Below are positions 1-14,300 of a DNA stretch of 64,000 nt, in pieces. The notes beneath the pieces were generated by a model. That model ran no database searches. It saw nothing but the letters and a program-made list of their open reading frames with translations, and was not told the origin of the DNA. The translations under genes were made by a program, and so were the position numbers. The DNA comes from Tubiluchus corallicola (taxonomy: Eukaryota > Animalia > Priapulida). The stretch lies in NCBI GenBank assembly GCA_030141605.1, contig JAQGDQ010000050.1, positions 769,827-833,826 of the forward strand. The letters are read 5' to 3'. Position 1 is the stretch's first letter. Each line of letters starts with the position of its first letter.

Positions 1-213
1 ACTTGTGCTGTGTGTACCAAGTGAAAGCAGTAACATGGGCATAATATATTCAGCTGCCATTACAGCATAAGAAATTTTTTCCAGGCCTTGAAACATGATT
101 AGAAACTTTAGTGTAATTGTAAGAATGTTACCAATCTTTCCTTTACTGTCCGATTAAGTAAGACATGATAATCAACTATTTCAAAAAAACAGTGTAATTT
201 TAGGCATCCTATG

Positions 214-3200
214 TCATGACTGCTTCTGTTTTTCCTCAACAGTGTGTAATACTCCACAGTTTGTGCATTTAACTTGTAGTTCTCTCGTTCCCCAGTAGAG
301 GGCAACAATGATGACTGCATGGCACACGTGGAGAGAGATACTACTCATAATAGTGGATGGAAAAGTATTCCAAGCTAATTCGATTACACCCAGTAGACAT
401 ATCCTGTAAAAAAGAAGAGAAAGGTAACACAAAAACATGATTTTTTGTATAGGGTCCAAATTAATAAAATTTGGACAACATATTTTCCAAAAACAGAGTT
501 GGCTTAAAATTGCATGCACAAAAAGATGTGCTCACAATGTATAACAATAACAGTACCTAACTAGTGTATCAGAACACAAGCTCTTAATCACGTGGGAAGT
601 TTATTTCACATTATCTCAAATAATGGCCAGAAGTCAGCCCATAGTTAGTTTTGCTCATTTGACTGTGAAAGCATCTATACTGTATAAGCCAATAAGCTTC
701 ACAGACAGTATAGGAATACCAAGCAAGATTGGACTGCAATAACAAAAAACTAATGTTGGGAGATTTGAAACAAACCTAAGAAGCATTTGCAAAAATCAGC
801 CCTGTGCCGTATACATGCGTGTTGTTAGTGTTATCAACTTTATCCCTTTTGCAAAGTTGCCCTTTTGTTTTCCACTTCTTTGTTTTTACTCTGCACTCAT
901 CTTTCTAGTTATAACCTTGTTGCTTTGCGAGTTATAATAAAGTTGTTAAATTTATTCTTGTCGTCTTGGTGTTTGAGACAGAGATTCTTTAACTAATGGC
1001 GCTGATACTCTACTTTCTTAAGGTCAAAAGTGCATGCAATTTTCGAACATGATATCATATTAACTAAGCTTGGTCAAATATTTAACCTTCATTTTTTCGC
1101 ATAAGTAAGTCACATATTATGGAGTATACATAAGTGATAAATTTAATTTGATTGAATGTCTTTTCTATTAATCCAACACTGAAATTTTCTACAGTACTTT
1201 TGTCAGACCATGTATAACAGCTATATTGTCTAATACACTGTAATATTAGAATCTCTTTACAACTAAAGACATTCTAGTACACAATAGATACAGTCCACGT
1301 TTTTAATGCTATCTAGATCCCTTGAATGTATCATATGTACTTTTTTGCTATTTGAACCATTCAAGCCCATTGGTATTCTCAAGATTTTGCATTTGCTGAA
1401 ATAGGATTAATTCCTAAATTCCAAACAATAGAACAAGCTTATAGGGGTGAATTTAAAAAGCCTCCATTTATTGTTAAATATCACCAGATGATTATAGTTT
1501 AACGGAAAGGGAGTTTGTTAAACTTCCACAAATGTGACAATAACGAAATTAGAAAAAAATGTTGCGTTTCAGCACATCACTACCTACCATTTACAGACAG
1601 ACTGGTTTATAGTTAGGCTTGAAAAAACAATTGGACGACACTCAGTTAGAGGCCCAGATATCAGCTAATCTATAAGTGTAATCTTTATGGTCTAACAGAC
1701 TTCTTAATGAAGACTTCTTCAGGTGTAGATGATTCAGAAAAGACAATATTTTTAAGTGCTTGTGGCAATATCAACTTGTTTTGAAGAAACACTTATGCAT
1801 TAGCCATTTTAATGGTACTAGAGTCAGGCATCACCACAACTACTTTCATTGAAACCTTTCAGCAGGCATTATAGCCAGCATTAGAATACCTAAGACGTCC
1901 AAGTGCAAAAGACGTCCAAAACTACAACATTCTAAAGAATGCTACCAATAAAGGCACCATTATGCAATTTATGTGGTTTAACAATCTAAAGATGCTAAAA
2001 GGACAACCTTCTAAACCTCTTCAATTCAATTTTTGCTGTAAATTATATATGTGAAGTTGTTCTCTTACCTGGCAACAGTTGAAAGTCTTGTACTCCATAG
2101 CAAATATGGCAATGTGTGAAAATACCAAACATAGAATTGATAGTGCAATGACCTACTAAAAGCCATGCCTATTAAATTTGCAGTAAAAAGAGGTAGTACA
2201 ATATCTGTTGATTCTAGTAAAGGAAACAAATATCTGCACAAGCATAGCATTGTGAGTAATATGTACAGTAAGGCATACCAGAAAAGACAACAATAGTAAG
2301 AATACATTTTGTAAGTAAATTATGTAAGCTAACATGAGATAGTGCCGCTCATGTAACTGTCAAACCTGCAGTATAGCATCGTGCTCTAATACAGGAAAAA
2401 CATACATTGTATGGTAATGGGATAACTATGTAAATTAAAGTTATTTGCTATTCTGTTTCTCTTCTCTTTTCTTACTGAAGTCATATATAAAGTTTATTAT
2501 AGGGTTCTCATCTCCATGTCATTTAGGCAATTAATAAAGATAAATTGTTACAAGTATATCTGAAAAAGAAGGAAATATTTTTGCACTATTTTCAAATAAA
2601 ACCTTTCTCTCATTTTGGTAAGCAGGACATGTCATCCCCCACTTAGTTCATCTCAGACATTTTACATATTCTTTCACGGGCAGGTATATATACTGACAAC
2701 TGGAATTTATCGCCCACTTCAGCTTGTATAAGATTTGATACTGACCTTGTCCATGCAGAATTACTCAGCTCGTATGTTTCCTCGCTATCTGACATATTCA
2801 CGCCAAGATTGGTGTTCACTACCAGATATCAAGTAATATTATTCACTTGTTAATAAAATTTTTGAGAAGGTTTTAATGCCTAAAGTCGACTAAACATCAA
2901 CCGATTAAAACCTGAACTGTGTACGTGGCATTAACGAATTCATTCTGACTGCTCTACATTCGTTCCGCACCACTGCACACGGGAGCTCGAAATAAGCACG
3001 TGTTACAACTACGGCAGTCTACAGTAATCTTCTGTATATCCTATACAAGAGCTAGTCAATATACTTACATCTGTGAATTTTACTAAATAAAACAAAAACA
3101 CGTACAAAAAAGATACCATTCGGACTTAGTATCCTTGTTGATGCTTGAAATTGCAACAATGTTTTCCAACCACCTAATCGCCTGAAAAATATACACAAAG

Positions 3201-6200
3201 TAACTTATTAGGCTTAAGTGAAAATAAAATTACAAATATATGTAGAGGATTATATCATTTGCAGGATGTGACACTTAGTTGTTCATTCAAGTGTGTTTTC
3301 AAAGTCCCTAACAATCACACTAGCTAAGCTGTCACAATTATACATGCAATATTTACAGCATTATTCTCTACTAATCATCACCTTTTCTCCATAACAAACT
3401 CACTCCGGTTAATTAATTAGAAACAAGTAAAAACAATAGGACTGTTGCTTTCACTGTTGCAAAAAACAAGAGGACTATAAATAAACAATATATTTCTCCA
3501 GCCCGCTTGGTCTAATTAGTTATATAACAGACTTGTAGTCAGAGATCGATAGAGCAAGCCTCGCAATGAATATGTTAGATCCCTTAAGCACTGAGCAATG
3601 CAACTTACTGATATGCATTGCTTTAACAATGCCTTGGTAGCTCTATGAAGAAAAATGATATTTTAGTATGAAAGACTGAAATTTGAAAAACAAATTTTTT
3701 GACATGATCACCCCTCTGGCTACTGATAAGAGTGATTGCTCCCTATAGACAGGAAAAAGTGCTGTAAACCTAGTTATTATGCGATTACATATACCACACA
3801 GACTAAAAGCTTGGATACAAGCGCAGAGTAAAAAGCTTGAGATTAATAAATCGTTGTTTTAATGAATTACTGATAATTATAGAATACTTACCGCACCCAA
3901 TGACGAACAGCAAATAAGATTAACACAGTAAGATGAAGAAGCAATAAAGACAACTGAAAGAAGCGATTTAAAAATAGCTCCTCTGAGATGCATCTCCAAT
4001 TCACCGTCCATTCATAGAAAAATTGCCGACCAAAGTTGAATGATCTTGCAATGTAAGCTAGTGGGTTTGCAAGCAGAAATGGCAAAGCTAACACCACCTA
4101 TAATCAACACCAGAAATGACTTAACATTTTTGTAAAAACTAAAACAAATGTCAACAATAAGTGCAGATTATGAAAATCTATCTTGCACTACCATTCATTT
4201 TGTTTGATATCTGTACTGCACTTGTTAGTATTAGATTTTTCAGTCCCACCAGGGAAAGAAATGCCCGTGTTATCCACATCAGTTTGCCTGTACAGTGATT
4301 CCCTTTTAGCTGCTACAGCAGCAGCAAGATTTTTTGTATTGCATTTAATTGCATTTGAGAATGCTTCTGTGCTCAGTAGGCTATTATCACCTGAAATGAC
4401 TATAACCGGAAACAAGTTATTCAGTTATCATATGGATTCAAGTCATTTAAAGGAAAACCGGATGATTGTTTAGACTCAATCTCATTTTAATTTACTGTCC
4501 AAAATATACGTTTTCTTGCCTCTAAAAGTTAGTAATTGTTTCTTATATTTTAATAATTTGCTTAGAAAGTTAATTAACGGCAGCCAAACACAGCTATGGC
4601 TTACGTCAGAAACTAACCACAGTTTGTGCAGTAACAGGCATCTTCCCTTGCGCATCAAGCACGTTTGCGTATGTGTTACTGTTTAAACGCGTGATGTCAC
4701 GAAAATGGGCTCTATATCATATGACGTCAGAAACCAACACAGCAGCTCATGATCATGGATATCACGGTGCCGCCTTCTATTAGTCGGCGTGACAAGAAAG
4801 CGTCGGCGCCAATCTTAGTAGATTCACTGAGCCGCGCGTAGCCTTGAAAGTTTAAAGAAATTTGAGTATCCGAGGCAATTATTATTTAATGTAAGCTTTG
4901 ATATAAAATGGCTGTTGTAGTTTTCAATATTTTAGAGCATACTTTATTCTGAAGTAATGTTTACACAATCGTCTGGTTTTCTTTTAACAACAGAACTAAA
5001 AGTCTGTAGCTTAAGCAGAATCAATAAAACAATACAAAACACAGTTTTCTGTGATCAATGAAAATATGAAAACATAGGCCCACCTTCAGTGTGCTACAGT
5101 AAAAACTAAGCTACTGATATCTGCATTTTGAACAAGGAATTTACTTTAAAATACTGCATGAATCACTCCCAGAGATTTGAAGGATTAAATTACTGCCCGT
5201 TTGCAAATACTGCCTACTGAAAATGCCGACTATTTTAATTATCAACAAATGTCAATTCAGCAAGACAAGGTTACCATCATTTCATTAACATGGACTAGAA
5301 CTATCGACAAGAATTGTATTATGTTCTTGTCACTTTTAAACTGTACAGAATTCATATTTGGCTCTATTAAAACAGAAGGTAGATACCGTGAAAGATTTTT
5401 TAGGTTCACTACAGTTACACATGTTTGTAGATGTGTTTGAAGTGGGATGATGGTATCTCCCGCTTTGCAATTTACAAACAGTAAATAAACATCATGCCAA
5501 AAGGTCCACATCTAAAACATAATGTATATAAAATTTGTGATTATGGGAATGTGCAATATGCAATTGTAGGTACGACAGACAAAATTTCCATTCAATTAAC
5601 TAATTTTAAACTATGACTTTTTTAATTAGTCCAGAAAACTGAGTTACCGTTTAATAACACTTGGTTGGTGTAAAATCACTTTTATGCCAAATGGCACAAA
5701 ATTTTTAGCATATTATGCCAATTATGAACCACTATTAATAAATATCACTAACCTGCATCATACCACAAACAGTTATGTGCAGGACAGCACCTAGAATTCC
5801 ATGATTTGCCAATAAGAGAAGCAGCAACACCGGAGCAAAGAGGAGAATATTCATCTTAATAGAAACTGCTAAACTGAAACAAATATTATCAGTTTCTTAG
5901 GAACTCGGAAATAAAACTTAAAGTTGAAGTTTGCCATTCAGTAACAACCCAGTGATGCAAGCACAAAATGATATATGACTAGCATTACTTCACCTAAATC
6001 TAACAGTTTTGGCACTTTAACTGATTTTACCAGTTTTGTTTACAAATGCTCTTAGACATAATGAGGAGTGGATAATGCAAGTCTTTGAAAATTCATACAA
6101 AATATATGTGCATCGTTGTCTAGCTATTTGCTGCAAGCACAAGGTATTTGGTAAATAAGAAAACAGCATGTAGTGTTTTCACAGATAACAAGTTAAAAGT

Positions 6201-9200
6201 TACTTGTCTGGCTTCTCCAAATTATACAGAATCTGAAATAAATTGGTATCATAATCAACAAACCTATACAAGATACATCCTGCTGTCCAGTGATTCCTGA
6301 CAAACAGTAGTACAGCTAGATATAGCAACACCATAGCAACTGGGTCATTGAACAATCGCAATACGTAGATGGAATGTATGCGATATGATGCACAACACAT
6401 GAAGAATAATGTGTATGGAGGCACCTGTCATAACAGTGTCAATTAAATACACCATATCATAATTCACAACAATTTTTCAAGTACTAGAACTGTGAAAAAC
6501 AAACAACAAATACTGATGTTATTCATCATTATTGCCGGTTTACTGCAGGCATACCATAACCATGTGTTAACTTTAAAATTTTCCATCACCAATGCAAAAA
6601 CGCTTATTGAAAATCACAAAGTGACAGCTTTTGTAATAAATGTTACCCGGTTGGCACGAACAACATACACATTATAAGGCATATACACGTGTATCACTTT
6701 ACATGAAGAGAGGAAAAGTTGCTTAAATCTGTAGATTCTTATTGCACATATAACACCAGCAATGTCAGAAATTTTGTATACAAATTTTGAAAAATAAAGG
6801 TGCTTTGATTTAATTTATGTCTAAGAATCAATAAAAATGTCTATGTGATGCTTCAAAATATAGCCTCCTCTGTGGGAAAAGCCAAGCAAATGAATTCAGT
6901 TTCTGCATACAGGAAATAACAATTTTCACATGACATGACATACAAGACTTGAAAGACAGATGAGTCGAGTCAATGTGCTCAACAAAAATTTTGATTTTTC
7001 TTCCTTCTATGCATCAAAGTGAACCTCAACATTTGAGCCCCAAAACACGCTACCCAAGCTGCCCATCTTAAGCTCTACCAACTCTTTGCAATAGCTATAC
7101 GAACACGATGTGCTCTGGCACGAAATGCACATTTCATCAACCGAACGAAAGGCGATTTTTCATGCTCGGTGCCATCGAACCGAAGCTTAACTGAATGATT
7201 GGCCGTGCTGCCAAATCAAATTCTAAATGAAATTTCAAATTAAATTTGAATACTGGACGGAAACCGAACCAAATTTTTTACCGATATTGAACCATATTTT
7301 CTGCTAATTTCAATTGAAAAGAATTATAAACTCTATAATGTTTTATCGTTTCAAATCAATGGTGATTGGAGAGTAGTGTACAATTGTTCTGATTACTAAA
7401 TCTGTGCTGTATTTAATGGTTAATGATACGTAGCAAAGTATTAAACTTGTATATCAGAAGCAGCCGTATTAAAATTATATTTCAGAAGCAGCCCAAACTG
7501 TTTGTATAATATTTTATATAATCAACAAAAACAGTATTTTTGCAAAACTATGATAGTATACTTGTTTAGTAGCTGGAGTTCTCATCGATTTATTTCATCA
7601 CCGTAAAAGCAAATATAGCACCACCACCCTATTGCCCATTGACACGGCTTGTGTACCTACGGTGCATCACATTCTTCGAGTTGTCATGCAGAAACAGAAA
7701 TCAAAATGTCAGCTGTTATGCTGTGTTTACTGTTTACCATCAACTTTTTCCGGATAAATTTTTAAAAAAATATTATAGGCAAATATTTAGTTAGTTTAAT
7801 ATAATTTTCATCGAGTGGGACATTTACCAAAAAAGTAAGTTCGTTATACCTAGCGCGCTCACATATCTAAATTTATTCCAAATTGGAATGACACTGTGAA
7901 TTATTAATAACGAACTAACAACAAACCTTTTCAGATTTCCTATAAATTGCAATGACTACGACGAGTGTCAGCAAGTACAAACCCATAAATATGTACTGTG
8001 CTAGTCTAATGTTAACCCCACGATCAGTGATGTAATACAAAGCTCCAAATACGTAAACAAAACCAGCAGGGTATCTGAAATATAATAAAAAAAGTTAAGT
8101 AAGTTAATGAATTTAAATCAGTATCGTGCAAAATAATCTTAAAAAACCAAAAATAGTTAAATCTGCAACTGCTGAAATCTGACACCAAACTTGCTCAAAA
8201 GATAGGAAATGTAGAAAAGTTGGGTCACAATCTGGATTTGAACCAGGGAGTTTTCACCCACAAGGAAAGGCCATGGTCATTAAACTACCACGTTCTAGTG
8301 ATCATAATAAGTCCTAATTCAAACCTTATTGTAATGAGCATTCCCAAGATTAGTAATCTTGTGCTAGAGTAATTAATTAATGATTCACTCAATGTCTAAT
8401 AAACTGTTGTTTAATAAACTGGGCCTTGGCCATAGCAATAAGATAGGAAAGGAATACAATAAACAAGCCTATTGGCTTTGCAATCATGTTGAATTAGTTT
8501 TCCCTAAGATGCCTGACATCTTCAGTCCAGCCCTAAATATATGTATATGTTTAACTGCTAATACTTAAATTTTTAAAGCAACTATTCAATGCTACTTTTA
8601 AATCTGCAATACCCAACAAATTTTGATAAAAAATTCAATGTCTGAAGTAGCTGTTTCACAAGTGCTAGCAATTTACATAACAAGTATTGAGTACTCATTT
8701 TTAAGTACAGTAGACACTGCTTAAAACAGTCACTTTTGGATGGAAGTGTTTAGACCCAATTAACCAACTGAATCTATTAGACAATTTGCCTAGTATTTAT
8801 TTACTTATTTATTTAAAATTTTTATTAAAAAAACCTCTATTTGCAGTATAAGTATAAATTTTACAAATTTTCTAATAAAATAAAGTGACTCTAAACACAG
8901 TATAAATTACAAATTAAAATTACAAAGATAGCAAACGTACAACCGCTAGTTTAATAACACGTATCATGGTACTCCTGACATTTGCTGTCTAATGTAACTA
9001 GTGTAACTAGTGTATAAGTACGAGTCATCACTTACCAGCTTAGTATGCACTACAAAAGCCCAGAAGCTTAAAAATATTGGGTCTTTATGCTTATGTTTCT
9101 GCTGTAATTTTCAAAATTAACTCTATGCTCTTGGTTGCTCTATAATACTTAAGCTTGTAAAGTCTCAAAGAATACTGACACATTACTGCCACTGCATCAC

Positions 9201-11116
9201 AGCAGCAGGTGGCACAACAGCAACAATTAACTGATTAAACATTCTGTGAAAAGCAGCAAGAACTTCAAAAACAAACTGCTGGGCATGTGATTAAAAGTTT
9301 AGCTTCCATAAATTCTAAGACATCGAGGTTAATTGCAGCAAAGGCCAGTGACAGATTCGTAACTGCTAGCTAGCATAGTTGCGCATGATGAACGGTACCT
9401 ACTTTCAAAAATGACCGTTTCTACGTATGTTATTATGTTATAGTGCACATAAAGATGACATAAAAATAGTAGTAAAAGCTCTTTGATCACACACAAGTGT
9501 CTTATTTTAAGAGACTGAAGCAAAAAATTGAATCAATGATGCTGTAGTCAATTGCCAACGGTTTTTATACACATCTCGTACCAGACGTTTTTGAGTCAAT
9601 TAAGCGACTAACTCTATTAACCATGAGTCTAATAAGCGGTGCCTACTGGACGTTAAGTACTAAGTTATTCAGTACTAAGCTCTATTTACACAAGTGGTCC
9701 AGTCTCTCCTTCCAATTTACTATAATCGTAGGTTCCATTTAAAACACCTTCCACTTCTTGCATATAAGCTCGCCAATCTATTTCTGTATCTGAAACAATA
9801 CATAAAATAACACTAAAAAATACTTGCCACATAAGGACAACTGAGCAGGTATTATATAAAAAAATCGATTTTATTTGAAACAGAACCTTCAAATAACAAA
9901 TATCGTAAGTCACTCCTAGGGCAAAAGGTCACCCCTGCCATCTCCCTACTGGCCATTAGCCTGGCACACTGCCAACGTAGCAGTTAATAGTCTGCTGGCA
10001 GATACGTGCTGTAAAAGTGCACAGCAGATCGAAGGCGATGTTTAAATTTTAAATTCTCTAACAATGATACCGTATTACAAATAATGCCTGCATTTTAATT
10101 GTTGGAACTGGGTAGAAATATTAGGCTCGGGTAATAAATAATGCGGGTAATTACTCGGGTACTCGATGGAAGCACTAGAAATTCTGTCAAAAACTTGCTG
10201 GCATTTCTGGCTTTATAATTTTTGCTATATTAATACACTATGCATGTGCCTATAGATGTACTGGATTTTGTACTGGTAACAGTATTCTTATAAGGTTAAG
10301 ATCAAAACATAAAATGCTACTCCCAAATCATACATATTTTCTTCAATATGACTTATAAATTTATAAGCAAAACAATGTTCAATTCGACCAGTTTTGGCAC
10401 TGCATCTAGTTCAACTCAGTTCGCCTCTACCGGGATTTTTTACTTTTATGTTTGATCTGCTTCATTTGATTCTAAAATGAAAAATTCGGCAAATTAGAGG
10501 TTCCTCCACTACTAATGTACCAAAACACTTTGGATTTGATAACGATTGTATAAATAAGTCATTTATTTCGTTGCTTAGCTATTCGTGGGTTTATTTATGG
10601 GCTTGTTATAAATTATTGTATTTTTTTCTTTTGTCAGCTACGCTTAAAAAGAGCCCCGTATTTCAAGGGGTAGAGAGTTTTAGTTTTACTACTACTAGTA
10701 CTCAGTAGTACTACGTTTACAGTACTGTCAGTAGTCAGTAATTATGTTTAAAATTCTACTACAAAATAATAATCGTAATGTGTGACATTAGGATTATCGA
10801 GGTTACGTAATGAGACAAAATTTGCTGTGTTTTCTGTTTTACAGTCTCAAATCTGCAATTTGCCCGAACAATGCAACAGAGGCGATTAATACTTTTACTA
10901 ACATTTTACACGTTGTATCACTATCAAGTTAACCAAGATTTCTGCGCACAAAAGAATACCAGCAAGAATCCATATCAAACTGGGTTTAAAAACAATGTCT
11001 TTAAACAATTCTACAATGTTGACATCACGCATACAACGTTTCGCTAATACAAATTTTCGTTTTACGTGTTGATAAATCAAAGAATTTGCCTGCTTTCTTT
11101 TTGTTAGCGCTGCCAT
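214..11116 (-). CDS. ALG3: Dol-P-Man:Man5GlcNAc2-PP-Dol alpha-1,3-mannosyltransferase (ALG3), 9 coding exons, 446 aa
   Basis: Exons (minus): 11116-10903, 9789-9690, 8074-7927, 6424-6264, 5873-5753, 4097-3892, 3181-3117, 2204-2069, 403-214. All introns are GT-AG with matching phases; total 1341 nt. Family motifs: [102 protein letters not shown]. The C-terminus KQKQS fits a KxKxx ER-retrieval signal. Confidence 0.96.
7100..7800. repeat. Dispersed DNA-transposon-like repeat in ALG3 intron 3; inverted homologue at ~43040-43714
   Basis: Blocks such as GCCATCGAACCGAAGCTTAA and GTGCATCACATTCTTCGAGTTGTCATGCAGAAACAGAAATCAAAATGTC match the reverse complement of ~43115-43680. Boundaries approximate. 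Confidence 0.7.
8150..8291 (-). mobile_element. tRNA-derived SINE-like fragment
   Basis: Minus strand GTGGTAGTTTAATG (A-box-like) ... GGTTCAAATCC (B-box) followed by a body shared with 41930-42051; cloverleaf degenerate. Confidence 0.55.
8708..9648. mobile_element. Tc1/mariner (pogo/Tigger-like) non-autonomous element in ALG3 intron 2
   Basis: Imperfect TIRs CAGTAGACACTGCTTA ... TAAGCGGTGCCTACTG, left end preceded by TA; subterminal CAATTAA.C.ACT.A.TCTATTA motif at both ends. Confidence 0.65.
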
Positions 11117-11593
11117 TTTTGCGGGCTCAATTCTGTTCCAGAAGCGCACTACTCAATTCAGATCAACTGCGCTTCTTGTACAGGTACCTAAGAGGTACAC
11201 TTGCGACCAAAGATGGTACTCAAAACTAAAACTGCAGTATCTTCTAAAATGATATCATACATACTAGCAAATAACACAAAAGAAAAAATAAGGATATCTA
11301 TGCATTTGCTAACAATAAGGAAATACATAATATCATGTAAAAATTAGTATTAAATGCCACATAATAAGCCCTTTCGTAGTTTCGTTATGTTCACGTGCAG
11401 TTGTTGTATGTCAAAGGTTAAGTATACCACAGCAATAGGTCTTAGCTACAACCGTCACATGACGTGTGGGTAAAGCAAAGCCATCTGCAGTGTTAGTTCA
11501 GTAACGTCAGTTGTTTTAGGTGGACATTCCTTAATTATGTATTAGAGTGTTTACTAACAGAATCTTGCTTGGAAACAAGAAAAATTGAACTAG
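11117..11593. promoter_or_regulatory. Putative bidirectional promoter ALG3 / TRIM-NHL with a plus-strand non-coding first exon ending at 11593
   Basis: ALG3 ATG at 11116 (minus). On the plus strand: CACGTG and GTCACATGAC E-box-like motifs, TCAGTT initiator-like motif at 11507-11512 and an AG|GTAAAG donor at 11594. Confidence 0.45.
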
Positions 11594-12179
11594 GTAAAGT
11601 TCTAGCTAGTTGTTAAAATATGTTAGAACTATTATTGTTACAATAGCATGGGCTGTGAGGCGTTATCAAGCATGCACAAATGTGTGGTCAGGTACACTTA
11701 ACCTTTTCATGATCATCGTCAATTGCTGGAACTGTGAAAAGGCTTATTAGTATTATTTTCAATACATTGATAAATAAGCATATCAACATTTACAAACAAA
11801 AGAAAAAGAAGCATTCTGCACATAATTTTATCTTATACTATGTTGCCAAATTATTGTGTTCACCAAATGATATTATAGATAATTTGTAATCATTAGTTAT
11901 AATCTGTGCTTATACTGTGGCAGAAAAGTCATAGGTCTTATAAGACCTTTTCTGAATGGTGCATTCACGAAAGAGTTAACAAACACAGGCACATACCACA
12001 AACACACAGAAACAACGAAATGCCAGAGTTTAATAGCTATTTTCAAACTTAAAACATTGATCTTTAATTATAAATTTCCAGGGCCATACAGAGATATCTC
12101 TTCAAAACACTCGTTACTTACTACACAGCTGAGAAATACGGTCGTCTTTGAACATCTACCAACTGAATAAAAAAAATGG

Positions 12180-12558
12180 TAGTGGTCAGCATCAAATGTT
12201 CAATTTTGAACGTTCGAATCAAATTCGAATGTTCGAATTCGATTTGAACCTAAAATTATAAATTCGAGTAATTCAGCACTTCACCCACGTACGTTCTTTA
12301 TCATTAAAATGTTTGAAACAGCATGCAATTAACACAATTTATCTGCAGTTTTTGTGCAAAATTTTTAACAAACTAGTAGTGGTTTTACTACAGAACAAAA
12401 TCAAGAAATATTCATAATCTTTGTAACACCACTTTTTACTACTGTTTCAGAAACTTGCTCGAAAATCTTTCAAACTCAATTCGAATTCGATTTGGATTCG
12501 AAATACTGAAATTCAGTTTGATCCGAATTCGCTTTTGAGTTGAGAATGCTCACCAATA
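12180..12558. mobile_element. hAT-like MITE with TTCGAA subterminal repeats
   Basis: Imperfect TIR TAGTGGTCAGCAT ... ATGCTCACCAATA; clustered TTCGAA/ATTCGA motifs near both ends; no clear TSD. Confidence 0.55.
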
Positions 12559-13417
12559 ATAAACTATGAGAAAGACTACTTGGCACATGGAATCAAATTT
12601 TGAATGTAATTAAAAACATTTTGCAAGGTGGGTCTTACAAGTCCACTCCACAGCTTCTAACATTGCTTGGAAGGCAGAACTTAGTTTACATCCCTTATTA
12701 TTAACTGCTGCAAAATTCATGGTCAAATGCATTCTATTTATAAATGATAAACTGCGAAACACTATATTCAACGAACTGCTTCATCAGTTGAACAACATGG
12801 ATCATTTCTCCCCAATATGGTCATATTTTTCCACAATACACTTCGAAATATGAAGACTTCACGCTATTGTCTTATCAAAAATCTAAGTACACTGAAAACG
12901 GACTACAACAAAACTATCAATTGGCAATTTATTATTTTTCGAAGACATACATAATGACAACAGAAAAAATGGTATTAACAACAAACTACGATTTCAAAGA
13001 CAGTTAATTAATTAGTGGCAATGAACAACAAAAAGAACAGACAAAACTTGACCAAAATGAGGATAAGTGACCATGATTTATAGATAGAAAAGGGAGGTAT
13101 ACCAAAAAAAAACAGAAAAGGGCAGCGATGTTTGCTCCTATTGCAGAATCGAATAATGTTAATAACCCTGCAGCGGAAAATAAACTGCATTTTATATCTT
13201 GTCCACTATATGTACAACTAAAACATAGTTATGAAAAGAAATTATCCCACATTCCTAAACAAAAACTTCAACAAAACAATTAGTTCCACCACAAACACAC
13301 TTAACCAGTGTGTTAACCAGGCTCTTTAGTAGAAAAGACACAAAAATGACATAATCCTATTTGGAGAATTTGTATGAAAATGTTTTTGAGGAGACAACAA
13401 AAAGTGATTACCTCAAA

Positions 13418-14300
13418 ATAATAATACTAATAATAATTATTGCAATATTTGGATATATACAGCTTTTTCAAAATTCCTCTAAAGTCGTTATAATCTTATA
13501 ATTTCTATAAGATCCAAGCAAAACATAATCAGATGCCAGGCATTTAGTCTCCTGGTTGCTGCTATGTGTTGAGCAGCATACACATGCAGATGCTAGGGAG
13601 AGATGTCATTGATGTGATCCCATATATTAACAATGTCTGAGACTCTACTTTATCATTAATAATAACACAATGTTACCATAGTTTCTACATGTAACAATAA
13701 AGCGGAATGTAATTTGTCTTATTCTAGACAGACTGAATAGGAATTATTGTTTAGTGATCTATTTAGAAAAGTTGGGATGAAAAGATATATTATTTGGAAT
13801 TGAAGTTTAGATTGATATTACAATAAGATGGAGGCTCAAGGAATGCCACCCCTAAAGCTTGCAAAATCATAGTCACCTGACTTCTTAGCAGGTTGAATGG
13901 TTGATACTGGCATAAGACAACATCAGAGTAGCGTCGATACAGATGCACAAATTTGGAGATTGAGGGAGTCCGGCTTGAGAGCTCAAAGAGTGCAGAGAGA
14001 TCATGACAGTGCGAAGAGGGGTCGACGTGTTACTTTGTCATGTAGAGTGATTGCCCCATGGCTATGCTAATCAATATTAGCCTAAAGTAACATTAGCAAC
14101 TTGATATGTGAGCGCAATTTTTGAAACGCTAAAAATGGGAAATATTTATAGACAAGACAAATATTGTATGCAGATTGAGGTCGAGTTCTACACTAAGCGA
14201 GAGTTTGAAATGAAATAGATACACTGGCTAAAAAATGAACAGAACTTGAAGAGGCGATACTTGTATGCAGAGGCTTGTATTCCCTTTTGTAAATAAATAT
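13418..14300 (-). mobile_element. Degraded L2-like LINE 3' fragment
   Basis: (AAT)n-like tail with an L2-type 3' motif at ~13418-13490; disrupted minus-strand remnants LQSAYN and HIS resemble the L2 ORF2 C-terminus. Confidence 0.4.

Noticed and set aside
8225-8291. tRNA gene (also 41985-42051, ~3500-3570, ~45625-45685)
   Set aside because: A/B-box-like motifs are present but the stems are broken and two share a downstream body, so these are SINE-like remnants rather than functional tRNAs.
12600-13380. Possible I/Nimb-type LINE remnant (GSYKSTP, RNase H-like trace)
   Set aside because: A-rich and suggestive but too degraded to call.
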